A DNA stretch of 64,000 nt. It comes from Guillardia theta CCMP2712. Its lineage: Eukaryota > Protista > Cryptophyta. Positions 50,739 through 64,000 of the stretch are shown piece by piece; positions within the stretch are counted from its first letter, which is position 1; each line of letters opens with the position of its first letter. The notes beneath the pieces were generated by a model. That model was not told where the DNA came from. It ran no database searches and saw only the letters and a program-made list of their open reading frames with translations. The position numbers and the translations under genes are program-made. Where the stretch lies: contig NW_005434655.1 of assembly GCF_000315625.1 (NCBI RefSeq), positions 804,807 to 868,806 of the forward strand. Reading direction: 5' to 3'.

Positions 50739-52348
50739 ATGAGGTCGGCGCGGGGGCGATGCAGTGAGAGCACGAGAACACCTCCAACTTCTGCTCATGC
50801 TACTCATGCTGCTCCTGCTACTACCTATCTTCTTGCCTGCTTCTTGCTGTCTTTCACTGCCTCCAAGAGTGAAGAATCCTTGCATGGGATCTCTTTGACC
50901 GGCACGAGCGGCAGGGCAAGCCGCGGTCAAGCGATCCTCCTCCCTCCCCGTCGCCTTCTCCTCCATGGCGGGAGAGACGATGATTCGGAGCCTCCTGGAG
51001 AGTTGCTGGAGTCGTTGAAGCGAGAAAACTCACACCTGAGGGGCGACGAATGGTTCTTTGTTGAGAAGAAGGAAGGCAGGTACCAGGCGAACGGCCCTTG
51101 CGATGGCGACTGGATCATCGGGCAGATGGAATTCAATATCATCAGTCCTGAAACATTCATGTGGCGACCTGGCATGACGAGCTTTGAAAGGGCCAGCGCT
51201 CTCTCTCGGTTTCTACCCACCGAGGATGTGCAAACTGCATCGTCATGCTCTGACCGCGGGTCCTCGGCGATCTCCAGGGCCTTGCCGGATGAAGCTGTCG
51301 TGAGTGATGAGGAGACGAAGGAGGTTGAAGCCCAGCAGGAGCTAAGAGGGTCGAAGAGGAGGAAGTGGAAGACGAGGAGGGTGTACGTTGAGAAGCAGCC
51401 GCCGAGAGGAGAGGAGGAGGGACTGGAGCAGGACTCCAACTACATCCTGTTCGAGGACGAAGAGCCATCCCTCTGCAGGCACGAGGAGGAGGAGGAGCTG
51501 GGAATCGGACAACAAGTTTACCAGGAAGAGAAGAGAATGGAGATGCTGGACGAGGAGAGGAGCGAGAACGGGGGCATGATAGAGGAGGAGAGGAGCGTGA
51601 ACGGGGCCATGATGGAGGAGGGGAGGGGCGAGGGGGAGATGAAGAAGAAGCAGAATTTCCCGCCGCTCTTTCCCAACATGAGCTTGTACAAGAACTTGAT
51701 ACGCATACCTCAGCCCTATGAATCCTTCCCGACGGACCACAAGGAGCTGCGCGAGATAGGGGTGATCTACCTCCTGAGATAGTAAAGTAGGCCTCCTCCT
51801 CCTCCTCCTCCTCCTCCTCCTGCTTGCTCCTGCTTGCTCCTGCTCTTGCTGTCCCTCTTGCTGTCCCTCTTGCTCTTGCTCTTGCTGTCCCTCTTGCTGT
51901 CCCTCTTGCTCTTGCTCTCGTTCCTGCTCTTTCTCTTCATGCCACTCCTGCTTGACTTTCTATCGTCTACCATCACCTTCCTGTACATCGCCGACACCTA
52001 CAAGTTCTGGCTCCTTGTCCTTCTCTCCTTTCCTGCCCCGTTCTCACCTCCTGCTCCTCTCTCCTACTGCCTGAGCATGCAGAGATTCTTGTCGTTTATT
52101 TCATGCAACCACCGATTCTGTACCCTTCCTTGGCAAACTTGTGCCGCGAGGATGGAGGAAAGAGGAGAAGAGAGGTCAAGGAGGAGAGAGGAGGCAGGGA
52201 GGAGGAGGACGAGGAGGACGAGGACGAGGACGAGGACGAGGAGGAGGAGGAGGAGGAGGAGGAGGCAGAAGGAAGGAGGACCAAGGTGTTTGGGGGGCGT
52301 GTAGAGACCCTTTGGAAGAATAACGATTTGACCGTCCAGGATCATATA
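50739..52348 (+). CDS. Hypothetical acidic protein with GYF-2-like segment (multi-exon, runs into gap)
   Basis: 347-aa first exon. WFFVEKKEGRYQANGPC...ISPETFMWRPGMTSFE resembles GYF-2 motifs (GP...ITPET.VW..GM..W). Confidence 0.5.
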
Positions 52349-52634
52349 ANNNNNNNNNNNNNNNNNNNNNNNNNNNNNNNNNNNNNNNNNNNNNNNNNNN
52401 NNNNNNNNNNNNNNNNNNNNNNNNNNNNNNNNNNNNNNNNNNNNNNNNNGGGGGGGGGGGGGGGGAAGGAGGGAGGGAGGGAGGGATGGATGGATGGATG
52501 GATGGATGGATGGATGGATGGATGGATGGATGGATGGATGGATGGAGGGAGGGAGGGAGGGAGGGAGGGGATGACGAGGAGGAGGAGGATACTGTTTCAG
52601 TTTCTTCGCTCGCTCATGACAGCATCTTGCAGGC

Positions 52635-54626
<1,992 letters not shown>

Positions 54627-54680
54627 GCACAGCGACTAGTTTACAAGCGCACACGAGCAAAGGTCTCCTTCCTCCTCCTC

Positions 54681-57600
54681 TCAGAACCCAAACAAGTCTG
54701 CTCCTAACGTCACCACCCTGCCACGACTGTCAGAAAACACCAGCGACCTCTGCTTCTTCCTCTGCTTCACTACCACCCTCCTCTCCCCACTGACAGTCCC
54801 CTGCACCGCTTCCCCTCTGCACCCTCCTTGCCCCCACCCTACCAACTCACAACCCCTACCTCCTCCTCCTCCTCCTCCTTTTCCTCCTTCACCTCGTGGG
54901 CAAGACTTCCTTGTTGGGCACCGTGCTCCTCTTGGAGGCGTTTGCTGGCTTCAGCTTCTCCGCGATCTTCTCTGTCCTCCTCAGCTTCTCTGCCGCCTTG
55001 AGAGCCCAGCCAGGTCGGAGCTTCCTCCCCTCCTCCCTCTCCTCCTCTCCCCCCCCTGTCGGACTGGCCTCCTCCTCCTCCTCCTCCTCCTTATCCTGCT
55101 GGCTCTCCCTCCTCGAGAACTTCGCCAGGTACGCAGCAGGAGCCGAGCTGGACTTGAAGTCTTCGTCCTCCCACCCCCCCAGTCCCCCGCAGTCCTCCTG
55201 GCTCGCCCTGTCCTCCCCTCCGCCTCCCCTCCCCAGCAACCCAGCAGGATCAACCCCTGGGGGTCTGCTGGACTTCTTCTTCTTGATCTTGGGGGGCTTC
55301 GGGGGCTCCTTCTTCGCCTCCACCTGCAGCTCCAGCTGCTGCTCCCTCAGCTTCCTCGTCCTCGTGTCCCGGTTACTCCCTGCTAGCGTGTACTCGGGCG
55401 GCTTCCCGACGAAGACGGTGTGAATCGGGACCTCCGTGCCCACAAGCGCGAGCTTGCAGCCGAAGGCGCTGATGGGGAACGAAACTTCCTGCTCCCCTCT
55501 GTGCACCAGCTCCCACCCTCCTGTCTCGCAGCCCGGCTCCTTCTCGAGCCTCCTCCTCCCCCAGTTGAAGTCCTTGGCGTCCACTATGACTCTGATCATG
55601 TCCTCCATCACTCTCTCCGTCAGCCTCTCCGTCACGTGCGTGCTCGCCGACATGTCCGGGCTGGCGTTCACCTCGAGCAGCCAGACGTTGAGCTGTTCGT
55701 CGAGGATGAAGTCGTACCCGTAGACCTCGCACGAGAACTTGCGGTTTTCCAGCATGTCCTGCGCACACATGAGGGCCCACTTGGAGATCCTCTTCATCTG
55801 CGGCAGGATCTTCTCCTCCCAGGCCTCCTGCTGATTGTGGGAGAGGAGGAAGGACTTGAACGAGTCGAGGTCCCACATGGAGCTGTTCTTGACCTGCTCA
55901 AAGTTCTCTCCCTCCTTCTGGATGCTGTTGTTGCACAGGTGCGTGTAGTTGTCCTCCAGGTCCTTCATGGAGAAGTCTGACATGCTGAAGCGAAGGTAGC
56001 ACTCGTCGTAGAACCAGACCTGTGGATAAGTGAGGAGGATAACGGAGGGGAGGGGAGGGGAGGAGCTAGGGGAGGAGAGGAGAGCATAGAAGAGAAGAGG
56101 AGAAGAGAGGAGGGGACGAGGAGAGGAGAGAAGAGGAGGGGAAGGGAGAGGAGGGGAAGGGAGANNNNNNNNNNNNNNNNNNNNNNNNNNNNNNNNNNNN
56201 NNNNNNNNNNNNNNNNNNNNNNNNNNNNNNNNNNNNNNNNNNNNNNNNNNNNNNNNNNNNNNNNGAGAGGAGAGGAGAGGAGAGGAGAGGAGGGGAAGGG
56301 AGAGGAGGGGAAGGGAGAGGAGGGGAGAGGAGGGGAAGGGAGAGGAGGGGAAGGGAGAGGAGGAGAGAGGAGGGGAAGGGAGAGGAGGGGAGAGGAGGGG
56401 AAGGGAGAGGAGAGGAGAGGAGAGGAGAGGAGGGGAAGGGAGAGGAGGGGAGAGCAAGAAGTGGGAAGGAAGGAGGGAACTGACCGTCAGAGGATTCCAG
56501 TCGGTGACCATGACCCACTGACGGATGTCAAACTTGCGCCTGTTGATGAGGAAAGGTCGCTCGAGGTACTTTTGCACCACCCAGTGCATCTCCTTCCCGG
56601 AGATGCCGAAGCCGATGTACTCGAGGATGCGGTTGATGCGGTTGGCGCAGATGATGTCCCGTCCTCTCGACTTGCCCGCTGGCTTCACGATCCACACGTT
56701 GTCCAGCCCGTTGAGACTGGACTGCACGTTCATCTGCTGCAGCTGCTGGAGCAGGCTCTCACTCTCCTTCCGCAGCTCCCCCTCCTCCCTCTGCTTCAGC
56801 TTCCTCGCCGCCTTCGACTCGTTGACGATCTCCTCCAGCGTCATCTTCGCCCCCTGACCGAACTCCAGCTTCCCTCCGAACGGCCTGTATCCGACCGTCC
56901 TCTGCCTTTTGGAGAGAGCAGAGGTTGTCTCGGTGGTGGTGGTGGTGGTGGTGGTGGTGGTGGAGCGACGGTCGAGGACAGGGCAGGGCTCTCCGAGGAT
57001 CATGGTCCACTCTGCTGTGGTGAGCTGGAGCTGGGAGGAGACATCGTCGATGTCAAGCACGTTGCAGCGGCGGATGAAGGAGTCGACCGCCAGGCATGTC
57101 AGCTGCACGCAGTAGAGGAAGTGCTCGCCGTAGGCATGCCCCTGCACATAACGCAGTGAGTGGAGGGAGGGAGGAGGAGGGAGGAGGGAAACGGCAGGGA
57201 GCATTGGGAACGATGGGAGAGAAGGAGAGAGCTCAGTGGAAGGGAAAGGGCCACATGAAGGAGGAGGATGGGGACGAGAGAAAGGAGAACGACAGGTTGT
57301 GAGGAGGAGCTGACCTCCGGGTCTACCATGGACGCTCCGTCCTTGAGAAATTTCTTCAGTAGGTTCTCTGCACAGACCTTGACGGAGGTCAGTTGGAAGT
57401 GACGGGAGAGAGGAGGAGGAGGAGGGTTGGGATAGTAGAAGCTAGTGAGGAGCACATGGATGAAAGCGATGAGCAAGGAGAACGGAAAGGAAACAGTGAG
57501 CGGAGGAAGGAGAGAGGATAAGGGGGGAAGAGGAGGAGGGGAGGAGGGATAGGGACCATTTTGAAATCCTCAACGAAGTCAAGCAGCTCTTCGGAGTCCT

Positions 57601-59717
57601 GCAGGTTGTAACTTCGCGGGAAGAAATCGTCCATGTCGACGTCCTGACAACAAAGTGAGAGAGGGGAGGGGAGGGAGGAGGAAGCAGAGAAACAAACGAC
57701 GTGAAGAGTTGTGGAGGAGGAGGAAACAACGGGGAGGGTTGTGGTGGTAGTGGAGGAGGAGAAAGGACATGAGGAGAGTCTGAGGGAGCGGACGATTGTC
57801 CTTGCTCTTCACCTCAAACCACTTGAGGTTGCGCAGATTTCTGGTCAGCCCAACTTTCGTCGTCAAGTTGCCATTCCTGGCAAAGTGATTCACCACTTGC
57901 TCCTTGTTGAGAGCCTGAAGAAGGAACGTAAGATGCACGCAGTGGAAAGAGCGATCCCATAGGTTGTAGGGAGGGAGGGAAGGAGAGGACAGGAGGATAA
58001 GAGGACAGGAGGATAAGAGGATAGGAGGATAAGAGGATAAAGGAGGGTAGGCGGGAGGTAGTAGGGAGGGAGGGAGGGAGGTAGTAGGGAGGGAGGGAGG
58101 GAGGGAGGGAGGGCGAGGGGGTCCTTCAAAGAATCACCTTGAATGGGATGTCGCTAGTCTTCACAGTCCACTTCAAGTCAAAGATCATACTCTCTTCCTG
58201 CTCCACTTCTCAGGGCGAGCAGGTGGAAAGGCAGTGGCGGGGGTCAGGAGGAGGAAGAGGAGAGAAGGGAGGGGGGGGGGAAGAAGGAGGAGGAGGAAGA
58301 GGAAGGAGTAGATATGTGCATGGAAACGTGGAGGGGACAAAGATGAGGAGGTGAAGGAGATAAGAACCTCTCTGTGCTCCTTCCATCCTCGGGCTAGGAG
58401 CGCTTTCCTGATCCCTTCATAATTGTGTCCCCCTCCCGCAATGCAGAAGAGTTTGTCGGACTCGGAGAAGCCGTACCTGCAGCACAATCAACACCCCCCT
58501 CCCCTCCCCTCCTCTCCCGTAGCTCACTTCTTCCTTAACCACTGCTCCTCCTCCTCCTCACTGCTGAACCTAATTACGACAGACACGTCAGCGTTCTGAA
58601 TCAGAGCAAGGACGTGTTCACCTGTCCTGGTACCGCCGCGTCCTCGCCGCGATCTGGCGCTCGATGTCGGATCTCTTGGGACTCGCCACCTCCTCGTTCT
58701 CCTCGTTCCCTTGTCGCCGCTGACGTGGCTCGGCGCTCCCCTGGTTCGCCTCGGAGCTCTCCTGCGGGTCCTTCGCTCGCTCGACATTCTCCATCGCCTT
58801 CTCCCGCAGCCGCCGCTTCAGCAGCTCCTCCTTCCTCTGCCTCTCCTCCTGCTCCTCCTTCTCCGTCCTCTGCTTCTCCACGAGCTTCTGCAGCGCTTGC
58901 TTCGTCCTCTCGAGGAGAGCCTTGTTCCGAGCTGCCGCTTCCTTCTTTGCTGCGAGCTGATTTTCGTCCAGATCCTTCTCCTCTACGATGGCTTCCTCCT
59001 TCCTCTCCCACCTGTCGTTCTCCTTGTTCTCATCCTCTGCCTCCATCCCTTGGATCCACGACTGACTTCTCGGCAGCATGAACTTGGGAGCGACATTGTC
59101 GAGCCCCAGCTTGCTCTTCAGCTTCGCCGCTGCCTCCACCTGCTTCTTCAGCTTCTGCTCGTTGTCCTCCCTCGCCCTCCGCCCCTCATCCTCCATCCTC
59201 TTTATCATCTCCTGGTAGCGCTTGCGATACGCGTTGCGCTGCTTCCCCTCCATCGAGCTGCCGTCTCCCTCCCTGGGGAGAGAGCTCTTGGGCAGGGCGA
59301 TCAGCGCCTGCAGGTAGGGTGACGCCTGGATTGACTTTGACAACGTCTCCTTATCCACAACTTTCTTGCTCAGCCTCGTCTTGCCGTCAGCCTCGCTCCT
59401 GGACTTCTGCCCGTTCATGCCATGGATGAACTTCTGCAGGTTCTCCTCGAAGATCTTCATCTTTGCCGACTGCTTCTGGTCCCCATGGCGATGAGCTTCC
59501 CCCTCCCGTCCTGCACCTTGTCGCCATGCAGCCGGGGGAGGTTGCCGTTGACATCCTCTTCGTCGTCGTCCGCACTGATACCATCTCCATAGGAGGATCT
59601 CCTCGAAGACCGAGATCGGTTGGTGTGCTGTCCTGACGCGTTCACAAGGGGAGGGAGTAGGGTCCCCTCTCTCCCAGGGGCAGGAGGTCGCTGGCTCGAC
59701 ATGGGATTGTCCATCAC
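54681..59717 (-). CDS. TTLL3: Tubulin-tyrosine ligase-like protein, TTLL3/8 (tubulin monoglycylase) type, multi-exon
   Basis: VNHFARNGNLTTKVGLTRNLRNLKWF, DDFFPRSYNL, NVWIVKPAGKSRGRDI, VVQKYLERP, KFDIRQWVMVTDWNPLT, HLCNNSIQK, YGYDF, WLLEVNASP. Confidence 0.9.
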
Positions 59718-60766
59718 GGCTCAGCGATCTCCAGCAAGATGAAGCGATCAGTCCTCCAGCATGACCTGCATTGAGCGCGACGACAATGCGAGGACAAGCT
59801 CGGCAAGCCTTACTCCATCATGCCTGTCATTCTACAACTTGACGTCAGTAAACGATGAAAAATCCTCCAAGGAAACTTTCAAGTCTTTCTGACTTCCCTC
59901 TGATGAAGCCATCTGAATCCCATCCTTAACAATTCTGCAGCTCCATCCTCCCTCTCCTTCGTCGACAGGCCACTCCTACGTCTCACGTCCGTTGATCTCT
60001 CTTCCTCTTTCACATGGTTTCACACCAATGAAATCATCCCCAGTCGACAGAGCTCTCTTTCCGTTGAACCATCCTCTCTCGTCTCGTTCATCTCCTCCTC
60101 CTCCTCCTCCTCCTCCTCTTCCTCCTCTTCCTCCCTGCCTCTTCTCCTACCTCCCCTCCTCTCTCACTCTTCCCCTCCTCTCCTCTCTCCTCCTCTCCGT
60201 CTTGCGATGTACTGACATCTCAAACGCTCAACCACCACCACCCACCCCCTGCTTTCCCCTCATCTCGGGCATCAAGTACCCCGGTAAATTGCATGTCAGA
60301 ACACCGGTACTCGTAAAATTTGACCAAGGGTGATAAAGCGACCCACATCGATGATGGGCGACGGATATGTGGAGGAGAGCGAAGAGAGGGAAGAAGGGGG
60401 GGAGAGGAGAGGAGAGGAGAGGAGAGGAGAGGAGAGGAGAGGAGAGGAGAGGAGAGATGAGGTAATGAGGAGGAGACGAGATGAGGGAAGAGGGGGAGAT
60501 GAGATGGGTGTGGAGAGAAATGGAGGCGAGGCGACAACAAAGCAAGGAGAGAAAAGGTTTCGGGAGACGAGGGAACAGAGTCGACATCATGGTAAGAAAA
60601 CGGCACAGCAAGGTCGAAATAGAAGGATTGGGGCAGACTGAGATGAAAGAGTGGCAAGACGACATGCTGACCAGAAGGTATGAGTGAGAGACAGTGGGAC
60701 AAACAAGAGTTGAAGAGCGACGAGCAATTGATGAATGCAAGTGAGGAGCAGTGAGACAAACAGACG

Positions 60767-62200
60767 ATGGTTTTCTATTTATCTAGCAGTCCATATGTCG
60801 ATGCGAGAATTAAGACTAAGAAACTGTTTTTCGACGAGTCAAGTGCAATAGTCAAACCCGCTAGTCTCCGAGGAACGTCGCATACTGCAATCTTGATCAG
60901 GACCTTATTCGCAACTTGGTTGAGAAAGATGTTAAGAGAGTTGCATCTTGAGATCCGGCGCAAGATGTGCGACCAAGAGATATTTTCTACTGAGTGATTA
61001 AAAATGCCAAACATTGCTATTCCCACCGATTCCTTCGAATCCTCGATTGTCAACCTCATAGCAGCTAGGTCGTCAAAACAGAGTCTTCATTGGGATGGAA
61101 TGCCGCCATCGATGGCGTCCCGTCTGAAGCATGGTTGGTCGTATCATGCCTTCAAATGAGTAAGTGCTGGTGCTGGGGTGAATCTTCAACTTCATAGCAG
61201 AAAGTTGTCGCAAACGTGCAGGTCATGCGACAAGTAGGGATCGATCAAGTTAGGTGCTGCACCTCGCATGATATTTCGATGAAGGCCAACATGAATTGCA
61301 GGGCAGCAAAAGGACTTGCGTTTCCGTTATCCAGGAAAATACACCAGCGCTGGAAAAATTCATGTTGTCACTCACGGCATGGACGATAAAAGAAGATTCT
61401 TATCATGCAGACGAAGTATGTTTAAGAGTTATCACTGCTTGCTTATGAGTGCAATGATATGTTGTCTTTATTGTTCCTTGACCAGCTAAACATCTACACT
61501 CTAGACAAAGCGTCTCCATGATTGTTGAATTTTCGTTTTATTTTCTCATCTGACGCAGAAACCTTGTCAAGTGATACCTGTTACCCTCGTCAAAGTTTGA
61601 GATGGATGGAGCACAACAGTGACCTCGATGTGTCTTTCATCTTTGATTCCCTGTATGTCTTCGATGTGCAACGGTCCACTGCCAGCTCTTCAGCCGAGCA
61701 TTTCGAGCCTACAGGAGTGAGTCACCATCTGAGGCAGCTTTGCAACTCAAACTTACGATCCATGTTGTTGTTCTGAAAGCAAGTAAGCATATTTGCTAGC
61801 AGTTCTTGGCAAGGGCTGGAAAGAAAGTCAGTCATGCTCCATGCCATCTTGAACATTAAGTTCGAAAACTAAACTCACTCAAAGAATCTCTGCTTTTTCT
61901 TCCTGGGACGGGGGGCCATGTCGAAATCCCTTGGTCCAGCTCCGTTATAAGGCATACATTCTGCCACCTGGAATATTTTTCAATCAACACCAAGCTTGTA
62001 CAAAGCGATGCTGGTGGGTGAAAGACATTCAAATGGGAATATGCGTTACGAGATACTTGAGCATCATTCATGGGGGGTTGAAGGGAGGAACAAACAAGCG
62101 TGGGAGGCATCGAGAGGAGATTCTCGGAGCATGACATCAAGGCAGAGCATGCGAACTTGCACATGGCTCAGGTGTTACCGTCACTATGCCTGCTCCCTCC
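60767..62200 (+). pseudogene. Degraded AT-richer coding-like remnant, possibly a decayed transposon
   Basis: Protein-like reading frames broken by stops, with no microsatellite introns. No family confidently identified. Confidence 0.25.
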
Positions 62201-62793
62201 AGCACGCGGCTGATCCTCGCTAGCATCTTCTGCGGCGAGCACGGGTGACCCTCGTCCCCTCTATGACCGATGTTGGTGAAGGGATCAGGGTGGGGATGAG
62301 GGTATTTCTTGTATAAGCTCGTGAAGGGCAAATCGGATTTCCGTCCCTCCTCTCTCCGCCTCCTCTACCTAGCCTCCCTTCCGCTGCCGCTCCTCTTCAC
62401 CCCTCTCTTTCCTCTCTTTCCCCACATCTATCCTCTGCCCTCTCTCTGCTTCTCTCGCGCTCCGCATTGCCATGGCATGTTCCGCACTACGACGTAAGCG
62501 AAACCACAATGTTTGTTTCTTAGATCCATTGCTCCATGTTCCATTACTCCCTGTATTCGTCTCCCTCTCTTTGTATAATCGATCTCTGGCCGCACAAGCA
62601 AGTCCATAAGCGCATGATATCGCATTTGGTACCTGACTCGCGCGCCTAGATTGAGTCCTTCTGCTATCTTTACTTCTTTTTCTGCGAACAACAACTGGAG
62701 ATGATAGCGGTAGGCATAAGCATCAATGTCTTGAAGCTGTGCAGCCCCCATGTGTTCCTCATCTCTTTTGTTTGTGCGTATCCTCCCCTTCAC
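62137..62793 (-). CDS. Hypothetical protein fragment(s)
   Basis: Complex-composition ORF 62428-62793 and a possible downstream exon. Lies downstream of a GC island at 63.4-63.6 kb. Confidence 0.3.
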
Positions 62794-62910
62794 CTGGACA
62801 AGAGCTGCTCTGTGGCTATGAGAGTCTGGGGTACTTAGGAGGAAACATCAAGTCTTGAGCGTGTGCCTCGATTCTCTCATGCCTGAGCATGAGGGGCCGT
62901 TGGCGATGCT

Positions 62911-63010
62911 AACATCTGTGCTCTATCCCTCCTCAAAACATCTGTGCTCTATCCCTCCTCAAAACATCTGTGCTCTATCCCTCCTCAAAACATCTGTGCT
63001 CTATCCCTCC
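62911..63010. repeat. 26-bp tandem repeat (AACATCTGTGCTCTATCCCTCCTCAA) x ~3.8
   Basis: Directly visible, no spacers. Confidence 0.95.
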
Positions 63011-63869
63011 GCAAGTGTGACAGCTGCTGACTTGCCCAACAGCGCGATGGTCAAAGTCTCACCCGGAGCATGCTGGCAGATGACTGCAGGGTGACGAGCA
63101 AGGACGAAGACGAGGGCCGGAGACTCGGGAGGAGGGAGGGGCAGAGAGGAGCATGAGGTGGATCTTGCGGCCAGCCCTTGTGGGTCAGAACTCTTGTAGG
63201 TAGGAACTCTCATCCGTGTTACCTGAAGAGGGCAGTTTAAATGTGCAACCTGGCATGTGTCAGTAGTGTCACAGTATCAGTGATGTTGTCTGTAAAGTAG
63301 CGAATCTTTCAGTCCACTACACTAGGCTTCAAAGCTTCGCACTCGAGTCGCTCCTGGAGTAGTCCACACAAGTTGACCTTGCCTAGAAGCCACGAGGCAG
63401 AGGCGCAAGCCTCCTCGACTCTCCTGATTGTTTTGAGGCGGCAGTGACCGGGGGTCTGGCGGCTCTCATGCACGTGCAGTGCCGCGCCACCGGCCGGGCG
63501 GCCCGGTGACAGTGCCACTCGTCCGGCGCCGGCCGTCGGGCCCGGTCCCGGCCCGGCAGGCCCGGCAGGCCGTCACTGGCTTACGATAACTACCCCCTGT
63601 TTTACTGATGAAAGTACCCCTCATTCATAGTGCTTCGACTTTTCCTTCGAAACGTCATGACTCTTGCTTTCAAACGCCAGCCCCCACCCCACCCACCCAT
63701 AAGTCCATTTCTAAAAAGTAACCCGTACTTTTCCTTGAATTGATTATTCGAGGACCCGGGTACTATTGACCGCCATCGTACCACTACCCCTGACTCCATA
63801 TAGTACACAAGCGATCTGGACTTATCTTCCCTTCCCCCGCCGCCCCTGTCGCACTTCACTCTGTTGACT

Positions 63870-63915
63870 GGACTTGTTGTAGACTTGTTGTAGACTTGTT
63901 GTAGACTTGTTGTAG
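63870..63915. repeat. (GACTTGTTGTA)x4 tandem repeat
   Basis: Directly visible. Confidence 0.9.
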
Positions 63916-64000
63916 TGTCTTGTCTTGTTTTCTTGTCTTGTTCTCTAGTTTGGTTTTCTCAGAGTTTACACCGCTCCGTGTTTCATCGTTCATCTCACAA

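Noticed and set aside
62911-63010. 26-bp repeats as a CRISPR array
   Set aside because: Copies are head-to-tail with no spacers, the context is eukaryotic, and there are no cas genes.

Overview
This is eukaryotic nuclear DNA: GC-rich, gene-dense, with many short introns and some introns swollen by purine/pyrimidine microsatellites. It is most consistent with a cryptophyte alga (Guillardia/Hanusia-like). That assignment is an inference from an AF-type bipartite plastid leader, TTTAGGG repeats and intron style. Bases 1-5.6 kb are an accessory, subtelomere-like block containing a Crinkler-type nuclease fragment, a decayed Ty3/gypsy element, a disrupted and divergent intron-free Snf7/ESCRT-III gene, and interstitial telomeric repeats. 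The rest is spliced genes: a 6-phosphofructo-2-kinase whose phosphatase domain looks dead and carries an inserted Calx-beta domain, an ABCD half-transporter, a beta-helix-like protein, a tandem two-domain SK-like K+ channel with a degenerate second filter, a signal-peptide RCC1 protein, an EF-hand gene overlapped by a 59-bp inverted repeat, an intronless Cys-rich protein, a plastid homogentisate prenyltransferase, a PRAI-like TIM-barrel protein, a TTLL3-like glycylase and several hypotheticals. Intergenic regions repeatedly show CCGG-rich islands and strand-polarised ACCCC tracts. Exon boundaries were read by eye, so they are approximate, and several N gaps interrupt genes.
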